From Acidimicrobiia bacterium (lineage in GTDB: Bacteria > Actinomycetota > Acidimicrobiia > Spongiisociales > Spongiisociaceae): 64,000 bases of DNA. A model generated the notes under the pieces. It was not told the origin of the DNA and searched no databases. It saw nothing but the letters and a program-made list of their open reading frames with translations. The stretch covers positions 1 to 64,000 of the forward strand of contig JBFGLM010000019.1 of assembly GCA_041576165.1 (NCBI GenBank), given 5' to 3'. Position 1 is the first letter of the stretch; each line of letters begins with the position of its first letter. Positions 30,909 to 41,401 of the stretch are shown here, in pieces. The translations under genes were made by a program, and so were the position numbers.

Positions 30909-31268
30909 TTGATTCGCCGCGAAGCCGGGGGACCGCTTGCCCCGTCGGTCATCGCGGAGCGGATGGTTGTGAGCCGTGCCACAGTGACCGGAATCGTGTC
31001 GACCCTGGAGAAGCGACGCCTGGTGACGCGGCGGCCTCATCCGGTTGACGGCAGGTCGCAACTGGTTGGCATCACCGCCAAAGGTCGGCGGCGCACCAGG
31101 GAGTTTCTGGAGGCGTTGCACCAGGTCGACCGCCAGATCATGAATTCCGTGAGCGAAAATGAGCAGGCGATGTTCTTGTCGTCGTTGGCGCGCATCCAAG
31201 CAAACACTCCCACCGTCGACGTACCACTGCCGCTGGCGCAGTCGGGCGAATGGCGCCGCGGGTCCTAG
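30909..31268 (+). CDS. MarR family regulator (appears N-terminally short)
   Basis: LAPSVIAERMVVSRATVTGIVSTLEKRRLVTR..HP.DGRS..V.IT.KG; only a TTG start is available in frame. Confidence 0.75.
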   Translation: MIRREAGGPLAPSVIAERMVVSRATVTGIVSTLEKRRLVTRRPHPVDGRSQLVGITAKGRRRTREFLEALHQVDRQIMNSVSENEQAMFLSSLARIQANTPTVDVPLPLAQSGEWRRGS

Positions 31269-31395
31269 CCGAACGCCACCACGCCGGGAGGCTCGGCGGC
31301 TTGCTGCCGGTGGAAGAGGTGAGACACCGCAAACGTCAGGCTCACCCACCGGGCATTTCGATATTGTGGCCGGGCGATCCTCGAAGGACATTGCT

Positions 31396-32682
31396 GTGGA
31401 GCTGATCACGCGAGAGATCAGGCTGCTGTTCTGGGCGATTCTTGGAGTGATTGTCCCGTTCGGGCTGTTGCTCTATCTCGTGCCGGGGAGCACCGGCCGC
31501 TACTGGGCCTGGGAAATCTCGGCCTTGGAGTCGGCGATTCTGATAGGGGCCGGGTATCTGGGAGCGGTCGTCTATTACGTACTCGCGCTGCGTCGTAACG
31601 ACTGGCTCCAGGTCCGGAACGGGATGGGAGGTCTCGTCGTCTTCAGTGCGGTGTTGTTGGTGGCCACCGCCCTTCACTGGGAGCAGTTCCGGTCGTACCA
31701 CATCACGACCCTCGTCTGGCTCGCCTTCTATTACGGCGGGCTGTTGCTGGTCCCCATCTTCTGTCGCACCCAGGCCCCGGCCGCAGGGCGGACTGAGATC
31801 CCCGAGGCGGAGACCGGACCGCTGCTGGCGGGTGGATGGCGGACGTGGCTGGCGGTGCGCGGGTTCCTCTATCTCGGCTTGGCGTTTGGCTTGCTGATAT
31901 GGGCCGGGAGGGCCACCGAGGCCTGGCCGTGGCCAATCGGTGAGTTGGAAGTGCGAGTGTTCGCAGGTCAGATCGCGGTAGTGGGGTGGAATGCAGTGGT
32001 CGTCGTCCAACAGCGAAGGCGCTGGGGCGATCATGTGCTCGGCTTGATTCTCACCGGAGTGATCGGTGTTCTCCAGCTCGTCGGCCTGGCATTCGCCGCC
32101 ACCACGTACCGGTGGTCGGCGGATCTGTCGATCATGCTGGTGCTGATGTTCGCTGAATGGGTGGCGACGCCGGCACTGTTGTTGCGGCGCTACGGACTTG
32201 GTGATGGGTCCAGAATCCCGCCGGAACCGGCCCGGCCAGGTGCGGATCGAGCGCAAGATGTGGCGCGTTTCGGGTTCTTGCTCATTGCGATCACGTACCT
32301 GGTGCTGGGCGTGCTGGGCTTCGCAGGTTTCGACGCTCTCAATCCGTTCGAGGATGCCGGGGTTGGCGCTCGTTACTTGCTGAATCTCATCGCGGTCAAT
32401 GCCCTGCATAACGTGGTCCACGTCGGGATCGGCGTGACCGGGCTCCTGTTGTTGCGAGTCGCTTCCCGAACCTGGGCATTGGTCGCAGGTGCGGCCCTCA
32501 TGGTCCTGTTCGTGGCCGGCATCATCCAGGCTGCGGTCGACGGTCTGCCCGGGGACCAACTGTTCCTGGGACTGGTGCCGCTCAACGCTCCTGGGCACAT
32601 TTTGCACGTTGTCACGGGTGCGCTGCTTCTCTACTTCGGGCTGACCTGGCGGGAGGATTCGAGCGTGGCGGCATCCGTCTGA
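31396..32682 (+). CDS. Multi-pass membrane protein with C-terminal DUF4383-like domain
   Basis: Internal WAWEI/WPWPI repeat; C-terminal NALHNVVH...LNAPGHILH. Confidence 0.65.
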   Translation: MELITREIRLLFWAILGVIVPFGLLLYLVPGSTGRYWAWEISALESAILIGAGYLGAVVYYVLALRRNDWLQVRNGMGGLVVFSAVLLVATALHWEQFRSYHITTLVWLAFYYGGLLLVPIFCRTQAPAAGRTEIPEAETGPLLAGGWRTWLAVRGFLYLGLAFGLLIWAGRATEAWPWPIGELEVRVFAGQIAVVGWNAVVVVQQRRRWGDHVLGLILTGVIGVLQLVGLAFAATTYRWSADLSIMLVLMFAEWVATPALLLRRYGLGDGSRIPPEPARPGADRAQDVARFGFLLIAITYLVLGVLGFAGFDALNPFEDAGVGARYLLNLIAVNALHNVVHVGIGVTGLLLLRVASRTWALVAGAALMVLFVAGIIQAAVDGLPGDQLFLGLVPLNAPGHILHVVTGALLLYFGLTWREDSSVAASV

Positions 32683-32772
32683 GAGGCGGCATGTCTCACC
32701 ATCGCGCGTGTCGGTGACGGCGATCCCCAGGCTGATTTCGAGCTGGTTGAAAACGGGTAGCGTTGCCCGGCC

Positions 32773-33969
32773 ATGGCCGACCGCACGACCTACCCGACAA
32801 TCTGGACCGCGCCCTTCATCCGGGTCTTCATCGCCGCGTTCGGCATGGAGGTGGCATGGGCGCTCACCATCCACCTCCCGCGCTTCTTTCACGACATCGG
32901 GGCGTCAGAGGGTCAGATCGGTTTGTTGTACTCGGTGGCGGCAGGGGCGGGGCTGGCTATGCGCCCCCTGGTGGGACGTCTCCTCGACGTCTGGGGTCGC
33001 AAGCCGCTGCTGGTGGCGGCCGCCATCACTGAGGTCGTATTCCTGGCCGCCTATCTGCTGGTGTCGGCGTTCGCTGCCCCTGCGTTCACGATCCGTGTGA
33101 TCCAGGCATCGGCCCAACTGGTGATGTTCACCGCACTGTTCACATACGCTGCCGACGCGCTGCCGGCGGCCCGACGGGCACAGGGCTTGGCGTTGTTTGG
33201 CTTGACCGGCCTGATACCGATCGGGCTCGGCGGAGCGCTCGGCGATGTCGTGATCGCGACCGGTGGCTTCACTGCCCTGTTCGTCTCGGCGGCGGCCGCC
33301 GCCGCGTTCGGTGCCACCGTGATGATCACGCTGCCTGTCCTGCAGACCGTTTCGCCAGACGACGAAGCGAGACGGTCGGTGTGGGCGGCCGCCATCCAGC
33401 GAGATCTGCTCCCCATGTGGGTTCTGGGCCTGTCGTTTGCGATCGGCCTCGAGACCCTCTTTGTGTTCATGGCGACTTTCGTTCAGGAGTTTGATGTGGG
33501 CTCCGCTGGCCTCTACTTCGTTGCGCATTCGGCCAGCGCGGTAACCGTGCGTCTGATTGGCAGCGGCTGGACCGATCGGTTTGGCTACCGCAGGGTGGTG
33601 ACGCCCTCCATCGCTCTCTTCGCCACGGCGTTCCCCGCGCTGGCGTTCACCAACTCGGCCACTCTGCTGGTGTTCGCCGGAGTGCTGGCCGGCACTGGTC
33701 ACGGGATCCTGTTTCCTGCGATCTCGTCTCAGATCGTGGCTCGCGCCCGCGCGGCGGAACGGGGGAGCGCCATCGCCGTTTTCACCGCCCTCTTCGACCT
33801 CGCTCTCCTGGCGGGGAGTCCGACGGTGGGCCGCATCATCGATACCGCCGGCTACCGCGCGGCGTTCCTCACAGTGGGAGGGATGATCGCGGCCGGGATC
33901 TTTGGCTTCGTCCTGTTGGACCGGCCGGCGGTGGTTGCGTCCCCGGTCGGATCCACCCGCGGCGCCTGA
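32773..33969 (+). CDS. MFS transporter
   Basis: GRLLDVWGRK and TDRFGYRR loop motifs; about 12 TM segments. Confidence 0.9.
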   Translation: MADRTTYPTIWTAPFIRVFIAAFGMEVAWALTIHLPRFFHDIGASEGQIGLLYSVAAGAGLAMRPLVGRLLDVWGRKPLLVAAAITEVVFLAAYLLVSAFAAPAFTIRVIQASAQLVMFTALFTYAADALPAARRAQGLALFGLTGLIPIGLGGALGDVVIATGGFTALFVSAAAAAAFGATVMITLPVLQTVSPDDEARRSVWAAAIQRDLLPMWVLGLSFAIGLETLFVFMATFVQEFDVGSAGLYFVAHSASAVTVRLIGSGWTDRFGYRRVVTPSIALFATAFPALAFTNSATLLVFAGVLAGTGHGILFPAISSQIVARARAAERGSAIAVFTALFDLALLAGSPTVGRIIDTAGYRAAFLTVGGMIAAGIFGFVLLDRPAVVASPVGSTRGA

Positions 33970-34012
33970 CACGGCAGCGAGTCAACATTCAGTCCTGGAT
34001 GCACCCTGGGCA

Positions 34013-35029
34013 TCATGTTCCGAAGACCTCGGCCGAGTTCGTCTCGATCCAATCGTCGACCTTCTCCCACTGGCCGTACAGCCAGTCGACCAGGTCCGTG
34101 TGACCTGTCGGCCGTTCGTCCCGGCCGACGTGCCAGTAGGTGGCGCGAACCGTGCGCCGAATCGGCACTCGTTGCCACAGGTCCCGGAGCGTCAACAGAT
34201 CGTCCAGCCCGACGTGCGCCACAAACGCAACACTGGCTTCCTGCGCTGCTCGCAGCGCCTCGATTGTCCCGCCGGTCCGTGGTGGTAGCACGTGGCGCAT
34301 GTGCCGGGCCCGCTTCGCCCGGGCGTGCTGTCCTCGTGCCTCGAGCCGATCGATGGCGGCGTGATGACGGCTGGGCGTGTAGTTGCCGCCCTCAGGGAAG
34401 ATGATCATCGCGCCGTCGGCTTCGATCGTCGCGGCAGCGCGGCTGACGGCGGCCAGCTCCATCTGTGAGTCCTTGGGGTTTTGCTCGCAGAAGTGGAAGG
34501 GCAGGCGCCGAGCGATGTGGTTGAAGAACGGATCCCACAGCAGTTTGGTGGTCCCGAGCATCCGGAGCTTGCGCCGGTGGTCGCGCATGACCGAATGAGC
34601 CACCAGCAGGGAGTCGCCCGGCCCGGCGTGCCGGCATAGGACCAGCACCGGTCCTGGAACCGGAGTCTGACGCGGGAATTCGAACTCGAAGCCGATGAAC
34701 GTCCGCAGGGCCCGCGTGATCAGCTCCAACCATGTGCGTAACACCCAGGAGTGGGCGCGCTGGACCGGCCCGGTCCGCATCCAGAGTCCGAAACCGCTCG
34801 CCACCCAGAGAATGAACGCCATGACGAGCCCGAACAGCTCCACCACGGAGAACGCGACGCCAAGGCCTCCGATGCGGGTGAAGCGCCAGTTGCGGCGGTC
34901 GATCAGGTCAGCTATCCCCAAGAGCAGGTGGATGACTGGTGACAGCAGCGTCACCGTCAGCGAACCGACGAACGCCAGCGGGGTAACGGCCAGCGTCCGG
35001 ACCAGCGGCGGCGGCACCTTCATGCCCAT
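34013..35029 (-). CDS. PlsC-family acyltransferase
   Basis: RHAGPGDS (HX4D), IFPEGGN, LPPRTGG. Confidence 0.85.
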   Translation of the reverse strand: MGMKVPPPLVRTLAVTPLAFVGSLTVTLLSPVIHLLLGIADLIDRRNWRFTRIGGLGVAFSVVELFGLVMAFILWVASGFGLWMRTGPVQRAHSWVLRTWLELITRALRTFIGFEFEFPRQTPVPGPVLVLCRHAGPGDSLLVAHSVMRDHRRKLRMLGTTKLLWDPFFNHIARRLPFHFCEQNPKDSQMELAAVSRAAATIEADGAMIIFPEGGNYTPSRHHAAIDRLEARGQHARAKRARHMRHVLPPRTGGTIEALRAAQEASVAFVAHVGLDDLLTLRDLWQRVPIRRTVRATYWHVGRDERPTGHTDLVDWLYGQWEKVDDWIETNSAEVFGT

Positions 35030-35088
35030 CCGGTGAAGCGTATCTCAGCTGGGCGGGGGAAGGGTGTGCCGGATCTAGGCTCTAGCGC

Positions 35089-35934
35089 ATGGAGTCGTTC
35101 GGTACCTCGAGAACCGCATTCGTCCTCGGCGGCGGTGGGCTGCGTGGGGCGGTGGAGGTCGGCATGCTCCTGGCGCTCGCGGACGCGGGAGTACAGCCCG
35201 ACATCATCGTTGGTACGTCGATTGGTTCGTTCAACGGAGCACTGGTTGCCAGCATGCCCATGGGGGAGGCCACGAGGCGTCTGGAGCTCGCATGGCGCGA
35301 CATCGCACAGCGACGAATCTTGAACGAGAGTCTGATCGCACGCGCCGCCAACGTGGTACGGCATCGTATCCACCTGCATTCGAACGCGCCGCTACGCGCC
35401 ATGTTCGAGGACTGGCTGCCGGTGCGCCGTTTTCGTGACACGCTGGTCCACTTCGAGTGCGTGGCGGCATGCATAGAAACATCTGCCGAATACTGGTTCC
35501 GCGACGGCTCGCTGGTCGACGCCATCCTCGCCTCGAGTGCCGTCCCCGGCCTGCTGCCACCGGTCGAGATCGATGGGCGACATTTCATTGACGGCGGTGT
35601 GGTCAACTCGATCCCGGTCTCACGAGCGGTGGAGCTGGGAGCGAGCGAGCTGTACGTGATGCATGTCGGGCATGTCGACGCCGCATTGCGAGTTCCGCGC
35701 CATGCGTGGGACGTCGCGTTCGTGGCGTTCGAGATCGCTCGCCGGCATCGATTCCACCGCGATATGAGAGAGCTCCCCGGGCACGTGACTGCCCATGTCT
35801 TGCCCACCGGTGACGAAGAGCTCATGCGGTTCAATGATCCGGCCAAGCTGAGATACAACCATCGCACCTCGATCGAACGCGACATCGCACGGGCTCGCGC
35901 GGCCACGGCCGCATATCTCGCGGCCCGGGTGTGA
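35089..35934 (+). CDS. Patatin-like phospholipase
   Basis: GGGGLRG, GTSIG, DGG. Confidence 0.92.
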   Translation: MESFGTSRTAFVLGGGGLRGAVEVGMLLALADAGVQPDIIVGTSIGSFNGALVASMPMGEATRRLELAWRDIAQRRILNESLIARAANVVRHRIHLHSNAPLRAMFEDWLPVRRFRDTLVHFECVAACIETSAEYWFRDGSLVDAILASSAVPGLLPPVEIDGRHFIDGGVVNSIPVSRAVELGASELYVMHVGHVDAALRVPRHAWDVAFVAFEIARRHRFHRDMRELPGHVTAHVLPTGDEELMRFNDPAKLRYNHRTSIERDIARARAATAAYLAARV

Positions 35935-35971
35935 CGGCCGGCGGGAGGCGGCCGGGGGCCCGATACCGTAC

Positions 35972-38332
35972 CTAGCCGCTGTGGGTTGTTGTGGAGTGAC
36001 GGCGAGTGACAAGCAGATCATTACGCGCATAGTTCTCATCCAACGACGAGTAGAGCTCCTCCTCCTGGTCGAAATGGAGCCGCAAGATCGCATACAGGCT
36101 GTAGAGCAGCCGCCGGAGATCCCGGAAGTCGGCGGGCTCGGGGCCGGATTCGGGCAACGCTGCGAGCGTGCGGGTGTATACGTCGGTCAGATGGAAGATC
36201 TCCCGATGCGACCTACTCATGCTGGCGAGAGGGTCTTCGCCGCCTAGCGCAGCTGCGATCTCTGGGTATATGACCCTCTCGTCCTCCATCTCGTGGGGGA
36301 GAATCTCTCGCTGCAGAAACTCACTCGTCCGCTGGAGCACCGCCAGTCGTTCTGCGGGAGCCATGCGGTCGAGTTCGTCCGCGGCCACGCGAATGGACTC
36401 GAGCTGCGGGATCAGCTCGTCATGTTCCAATCGCAGGCGCTTGGACAGGTCGAGTGGCAGCTTGGGCACGCCTTCACGCCGACTCTCGCCCCGCAAAGCT
36501 CGCAATGCGTTGGCAATCGCCACGACGTCGATGAGTTCCTGTGTGAGTGCCCCAGCGATAGGTGTGAGATAGCCGGCCGTCGCGACTGCCATCGCTAGGG
36601 CGGACAGTGTCATCCCGATGCCGACGCTCTGAATCGCAATCACACGAGAGCGGCGGGCGATGCGGATGCCGTCGACCAAGCGGTCTAGCCGATCGACCAT
36701 CAGTACCACATCGGCTGCTTCGGAGGATGCAGTGGCGCCTCGGGCACCCATGGCTACGCCGACGTCGGCAGCGGCCAGCGCCGGAGCGTCATTGATACCG
36801 TCGCCAACCATTGCGGTCGTTCCTGTCGTACGTAACGCTTCGAGAGTTTCCACCTTCTCTGTGGGGGTGCATTCGGCCAGCACCTCGTCGATCCCGAGAG
36901 CGAGTCCCACTGACTGAGCGACCTCAGGATGATCGCCGGTGGCCATCACGATATGCTCGACCCCTGTTCTGCGCAGCCGCCTGATCGCGGCTGCCGAGTC
37001 GTGGCGGATGACGTCGTCGAACGAAACGGCTGCTGCGACGACTCCGTCAACCGCGATGTACGTGCTGAGCGGCGCCATCCGCAACATGCGTCGTCGGTGG
37101 TGCTGCATGGCGTCGGGTTCCGGCCGGCCGCCGAGCACCCACGAGGGCTTACCAACGGCAACTGTGTGACCCTTCACCCTTCCGACGATCCCTCCACCCG
37201 CTTCCTCAAATGCCTCGTCCGGCAGGTGAAGCGCCAAACCCCGTCGCCGTGCCTCGGCGACGACGGCCCGGGCGAGCACATGAGTCGACACCTGCTCGAC
37301 AGACGCGGCCAGCTGCAGTGTCTCGTCCAGATCGACTCCGTCGTGGAGGCCGGTCACGGACCGCGCCACCGGTTCACCCATCGTCAGTGTCCCCGTCTTG
37401 TCGAGGACCGCATTCTTGGCACGGGCCAGTGTCTCGAGCGGCGCCCCGCCTCGGAAGATGATTCCCTGTCTGGTCGCCCGTGACATCCCCGAAACGATTG
37501 CGATTGGTACCGCCAGCAGCAGCGGGCACGGGGTGGCCACCACCAACACCGCAAGAGCCCGGACCGGGTCGCCCGAGACGCCCCACGCCAGGGCGGCGAC
37601 GGCGAGCGTCGCGGGTACGAACCACCCAGCCCACCTGTCGGCCAAGCGCACGACCGGCGCTCGGGACTTCTGCGCATCGCGCACCATCCTGATGATGCCG
37701 GCGTAAGTGCTCGTCTCGGCGGTAGACACAGCCTGCAGGTGAAACGCCCCGCCGGCGTTGACCGTCCCGCTCTGGACAACGTCGCCCGGCGGGTGTTCCA
37801 CCGGCAGCGGTTCTCCGGTCAGCGCCGCCTCGTCTATGAGCGCCGGCGATTCGATGACTATGCCGTCGACCGGAATGACTTCGGCGGCCTTGATGAGAAG
37901 CTGATCGCCCGGCCCGATCTGGTCGAGAGGCACATTCTGCACATCGCCCGACATCAGCTTGTGGGCCTCCTGCGGGGCACGGGACAGCAGGGTGGTCAAC
38001 TCACGTTCAGCGCGGCCGGCGGCGTACGCGTCGAGGAAGCGTCCGGTGGCGAGCATGAGTCCGATGACACTGGCCGCCAGGAACTCCCCGAGCAGCAGCG
38101 CGCCGACCACAGCAAGCAGCGCAATCACGTCGACCCCAGGTCGTCCCGCCCGCAACTCGGCCACTATGTCGCGGACGAGCCAGGTAAGCGGCGCCAATCC
38201 GGCGACCGCCCAGGCAACCTGGGCGAGTGACTGCAGCTCCGCTGCCCACAGCGCCCCACCAAGGGCGAGTGCAGCCCCAGTGACGGCCAGCATCCACGCG
38301 GCGCGACTGGTTGGTCTCCGCATCATCGTCAA
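35972..38332 (-). CDS. Heavy-metal P1B-type ATPase with C-terminal hemerythrin domain (P1B-5-like)
   Basis: LTGEP, ATPCP, DKTGT, GDGINDAPAL, QELID; hemerythrin motifs EH, HEMEDE..IYP, SHREI, LHFDQEEE. Confidence 0.9.
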   Translation of the reverse strand: MTMMRRPTSRAAWMLAVTGAALALGGALWAAELQSLAQVAWAVAGLAPLTWLVRDIVAELRAGRPGVDVIALLAVVGALLLGEFLAASVIGLMLATGRFLDAYAAGRAERELTTLLSRAPQEAHKLMSGDVQNVPLDQIGPGDQLLIKAAEVIPVDGIVIESPALIDEAALTGEPLPVEHPPGDVVQSGTVNAGGAFHLQAVSTAETSTYAGIIRMVRDAQKSRAPVVRLADRWAGWFVPATLAVAALAWGVSGDPVRALAVLVVATPCPLLLAVPIAIVSGMSRATRQGIIFRGGAPLETLARAKNAVLDKTGTLTMGEPVARSVTGLHDGVDLDETLQLAASVEQVSTHVLARAVVAEARRRGLALHLPDEAFEEAGGGIVGRVKGHTVAVGKPSWVLGGRPEPDAMQHHRRRMLRMAPLSTYIAVDGVVAAAVSFDDVIRHDSAAAIRRLRRTGVEHIVMATGDHPEVAQSVGLALGIDEVLAECTPTEKVETLEALRTTGTTAMVGDGINDAPALAAADVGVAMGARGATASSEAADVVLMVDRLDRLVDGIRIARRSRVIAIQSVGIGMTLSALAMAVATAGYLTPIAGALTQELIDVVAIANALRALRGESRREGVPKLPLDLSKRLRLEHDELIPQLESIRVAADELDRMAPAERLAVLQRTSEFLQREILPHEMEDERVIYPEIAAALGGEDPLASMSRSHREIFHLTDVYTRTLAALPESGPEPADFRDLRRLLYSLYAILRLHFDQEEELYSSLDENYARNDLLVTRRHSTTTHSG

Positions 38333-38627
38333 TTCTCATTTGGAGCCTTCGGTCCGATAAGGGCCGTTGGTCCACGCCTCGCGGCCGACACGCCCTGATC
38401 CTCTCACCCGGCCCGCAGAGACCAGTCGGGCCTCGCCAACTGCGGCTGGCAAGCCGGTGACCTCAACCGACCCGGCACCCGCTCGCCCCGGTGGGCCGCC
38501 ACCTGCTCGAACTATTACGGCCCGCAATCGGCGTTGCCCGAAGTGACAGAATGCTGTAGCCCGCGCCGGATCACCGTGGCAGCCTGAGCTCAGAGACCGG
38601 GCTGCAACGGGGTGAAAGGAGCGGTGT

Positions 38628-39488
38628 ATGTCGATTGATCAACTGGTGATCGGGGTCGACGGCTCTCCCGGCTCCTTGGCGGCCGTGCAGTGGGGGGCCC
38701 AACTTGCCAGCCAGTCCGGGGCGCACGTCACGGCCGTCTATGCGCAGTCACCGTGGCTGGCGATGGTGTTCTCCATTCCACCGCTCGACAGCGACGCGCT
38801 GAGGCACGAAGCGGAGGCCGAGCTGGAGGGCCGGTGGTCAGAGTCGCTGCGGCAAGCCGGCGTCGAGTACGACATCCGGCTCGGCGAAGACAGTCCGGCG
38901 CAGCTGTTGCTCGACTCTGCCAGCAAGCTCAACGCCGACCTCCTTGTCGTGGGCCGCCATGGGAATGCCCCATGGGCCCCCCACGTTCTCGGATCGGTGC
39001 CGCGCAAGCTCCTCCAAGCGTCTGGCTGCCCGTTGGTCATTGTGCCGCCTGAGGCAACACGCCAGGACGCCGGCGGGCGGGGCATCGTCGTTGGCGTCGA
39101 TGGCTCGGCCGTTTCGATCGCTGCCTTGGACTGGGCGATCGCTTTCGCCGCAGAGCGACAGATGGAGCTGCGGGCCATCACGGCGGTCCACGTCCCAGAG
39201 CTGGCGCAGGCGCCATGGCTGGCCAAATATGAGCTGAGCACCGCCCGCAAGCAGGCCCTGCAGGAGCTCCACACGATCGTAGAAGAGCGGGCCGGAAAGC
39301 CGCCGATCGAGATCCGGAGCGTGGTGAAACTTGGTCATCCCAATCAAGTGTTGACAGAAGAAGCGGCGCAATCGGATCTGGTCGTGGTCGGGTCTCGGGG
39401 TCGAGGGGCGACGGCTGCATTCCTCGGAGGCTCGGTCTCGCAGTACGTGGCCACCCGTGCGCACTGCCCTGTGGTGATCCACCCCTGA
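38628..39488 (+). CDS. Universal stress protein (tandem USP domains)
   Basis: Two GVDGS starts; VVGRHG..LGSV and VVGSRGRG..GGSV..CPV. Confidence 0.92.
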   Translation: MSIDQLVIGVDGSPGSLAAVQWGAQLASQSGAHVTAVYAQSPWLAMVFSIPPLDSDALRHEAEAELEGRWSESLRQAGVEYDIRLGEDSPAQLLLDSASKLNADLLVVGRHGNAPWAPHVLGSVPRKLLQASGCPLVIVPPEATRQDAGGRGIVVGVDGSAVSIAALDWAIAFAAERQMELRAITAVHVPELAQAPWLAKYELSTARKQALQELHTIVEERAGKPPIEIRSVVKLGHPNQVLTEEAAQSDLVVVGSRGRGATAAFLGGSVSQYVATRAHCPVVIHP

Positions 39489-39534
39489 GCGGACCCGAAG
39501 GGAGAACCTGCATACAAGGGGCGACCTGGGTCTC

Positions 39535-39933
39535 ATGCTCCTTGATCTGCATGTTGCGCAAGATATACTGCAAAAAGTGCAGAACATTACGCCACTCCTC
39601 CGCACCCGAACCTTGAAGGACCTGCTCGTCGAGTTGTTCTTCTGTTCGAACAAGCCGAGAACGCTGTCGGATCTGGCCCGCTCGATCGACGTTGACCAAA
39701 CGACAGTCATGCGCGAAGTGAACCGGCTGCTGAAGACCGGGGTCGTGGTGGAAGAACGGGTTGGTAGGTCGCGAACCATCGCCATCGACCCGGCGAGCCC
39801 GGTGGCGGCACCCCTGCGCGGACTGGTCCGCCTCGCTCATGAGCCTCCACCGGTCACCAACGATCAGGTCTCTGCGTATCACGCAGAAAAGCCGAGCCGG
39901 CGGCCGTTGCCTTCGTCGCGGAGACGGAACTGA
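39535..39933 (+). CDS. Winged helix-turn-helix protein
   Basis: TLSDLARSIDVDQTTVMREVNRLLKTGVV.EERVGRSR; stop overlaps the rpiB start (TGATG). Start uncertain. Confidence 0.72.
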   Translation: MLLDLHVAQDILQKVQNITPLLRTRTLKDLLVELFFCSNKPRTLSDLARSIDVDQTTVMREVNRLLKTGVVVEERVGRSRTIAIDPASPVAAPLRGLVRLAHEPPPVTNDQVSAYHAEKPSRRPLPSSRRRN

Positions 39934-40556
39934 TGGCTGCAGAGCTGCCGTCGGAGAGCGAGGTGCGGGCCTTGGTGAGCCGCATCGTGGCCGGCTTGCT
40001 TCCCGATCAGACCGCATCTTCTGCTCCGGCGTCGGCAGCTCCCGGTCCGGCTGACCCGGCGTCGGGTGCCGCATCGGGCCACCCGACGATCGCGGTGGGC
40101 GCCGATCACGGCGGTTATCCCTTGAAGGAGAAGATCGGGTTTCACCTCAAAGAGTCGGGTCACGAGGTCATCGACTGTGGCACGCAAAGCCACGAGTCGG
40201 TCGATTATCCCGATTTCGCTCACGCAGTGGCCCGGACGGTGGCCGGGGGCGACGCCACCTACGGAATCATCGTGGATGGAGCCGGGATCGGCTCGGCCAT
40301 GGTGGCCAACAAGGTCCCGGGGATCCGCGCCGCGCTGTGTTACGACCTCTCCAGTGCGCGTAACAGCCGGGAGCACAACCACGCCAACGTGTTGACCCTG
40401 GGGGCCGGTCTGATCGGCACCAACCTGGCAATACAGATCGTGGACACCTGGCTGGCCACTCCGTGGGCAGGCGGCCGCCACGCCAACCGGGTCGAGAAGA
40501 TCACCGCCGTGGAGCGGCAGTATGCGGGCCCCCTATCCCTGCGGAGCGCGTCATGA
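39933..40556 (+). CDS. rpiB: Ribose-5-phosphate isomerase B with N-terminal encapsulation-peptide-like extension
   Basis: [43 protein letters not shown]. Confidence 0.92.
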   Translation: MAAELPSESEVRALVSRIVAGLLPDQTASSAPASAAPGPADPASGAASGHPTIAVGADHGGYPLKEKIGFHLKESGHEVIDCGTQSHESVDYPDFAHAVARTVAGGDATYGIIVDGAGIGSAMVANKVPGIRAALCYDLSSARNSREHNHANVLTLGAGLIGTNLAIQIVDTWLATPWAGGRHANRVEKITAVERQYAGPLSLRSAS

Positions 40557-41401
40557 CCAATATGGCGCTGGTCGAAGCCGTCACTCGCGAAGTGCTGGCC
40601 GCCTTGACCGGCGAGGATCCATGTGCTGCCTGTCACGGATCCTGTGCCGCCCACAGCCCCGACGCAGTGCGCAAAGTGGTGGCCAACGGAGCCGACCGGG
40701 TCAGCTTCCATGGCCACGGCTCGGACGTGCCAATCGATCTGGCCAAATACATCGATCACACACTGCTCAAGCCCGACGCCACTACGGCGGACATCGACGA
40801 GCTATGTGCCGAAGCGGTCGAGTACGGATTCGCCGCCGTCTGCGTAAACCCGACCTGGGTGCGGCGAGCCGCCCGCGTCGTGCGGGGTAGCGGGGTGAAG
40901 GTCGCGTCGGTTGTGGCGTTCCCATTTGGTGCCACTCCATCAGAGATGAAGGCCATGGAAACACGGCGGGCGATTCGCGACGGCGCTCGAGAAATCGACA
41001 TGGTGATCAACATCGGTGCGCTCAAGTCGGGCGACCACGATCTCGTGCGAAAGGACATCGCCAAGGTTTCTGACGCCTGTCACGAATCGGGAGCGCTCAA
41101 CAAGGTGATCATCGAAACCTCGCTCCTGACCGACCAGGAGAAGGTGATCGCTTCGCACCTGGCACAAGAAGCCAGAGCCGATTACGTGAAAACCTCGACA
41201 GGATTTGGCGGGGGAGGGGCCACGATTCCCGATGTGTTGCTGATGCGCGAGACGGTGGGTCCCAAGATGGGCATCAAGGCTTCGGGCGGAGTTCGCAACA
41301 GAGAAGATGCCGAGGAGATGATCGCGGCCGGGGCCACCCGGATCGGTGCCTCCGCCGGCATTGCCATCGTGACGGGAGGCACATCCAGTGAGCGATATTG
41401 A
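40553..41401 (+). CDS. deoC: Deoxyribose-phosphate aldolase with N-terminal extension
   Basis: [43 protein letters not shown]. Confidence 0.93.
   Translation: MTNMALVEAVTREVLAALTGEDPCAACHGSCAAHSPDAVRKVVANGADRVSFHGHGSDVPIDLAKYIDHTLLKPDATTADIDELCAEAVEYGFAAVCVNPTWVRRAARVVRGSGVKVASVVAFPFGATPSEMKAMETRRAIRDGAREIDMVINIGALKSGDHDLVRKDIAKVSDACHESGALNKVIIETSLLTDQEKVIASHLAQEARADYVKTSTGFGGGGATIPDVLLMRETVGPKMGIKASGGVRNREDAEEMIAAGATRIGASAGIAIVTGGTSSERY

Noticed and set aside
40622-40636. CAACH as a c-type heme attachment motif in DeoC
   Set aside because: The protein is cytoplasmic with no export signal, so cytochrome c maturation is implausible.
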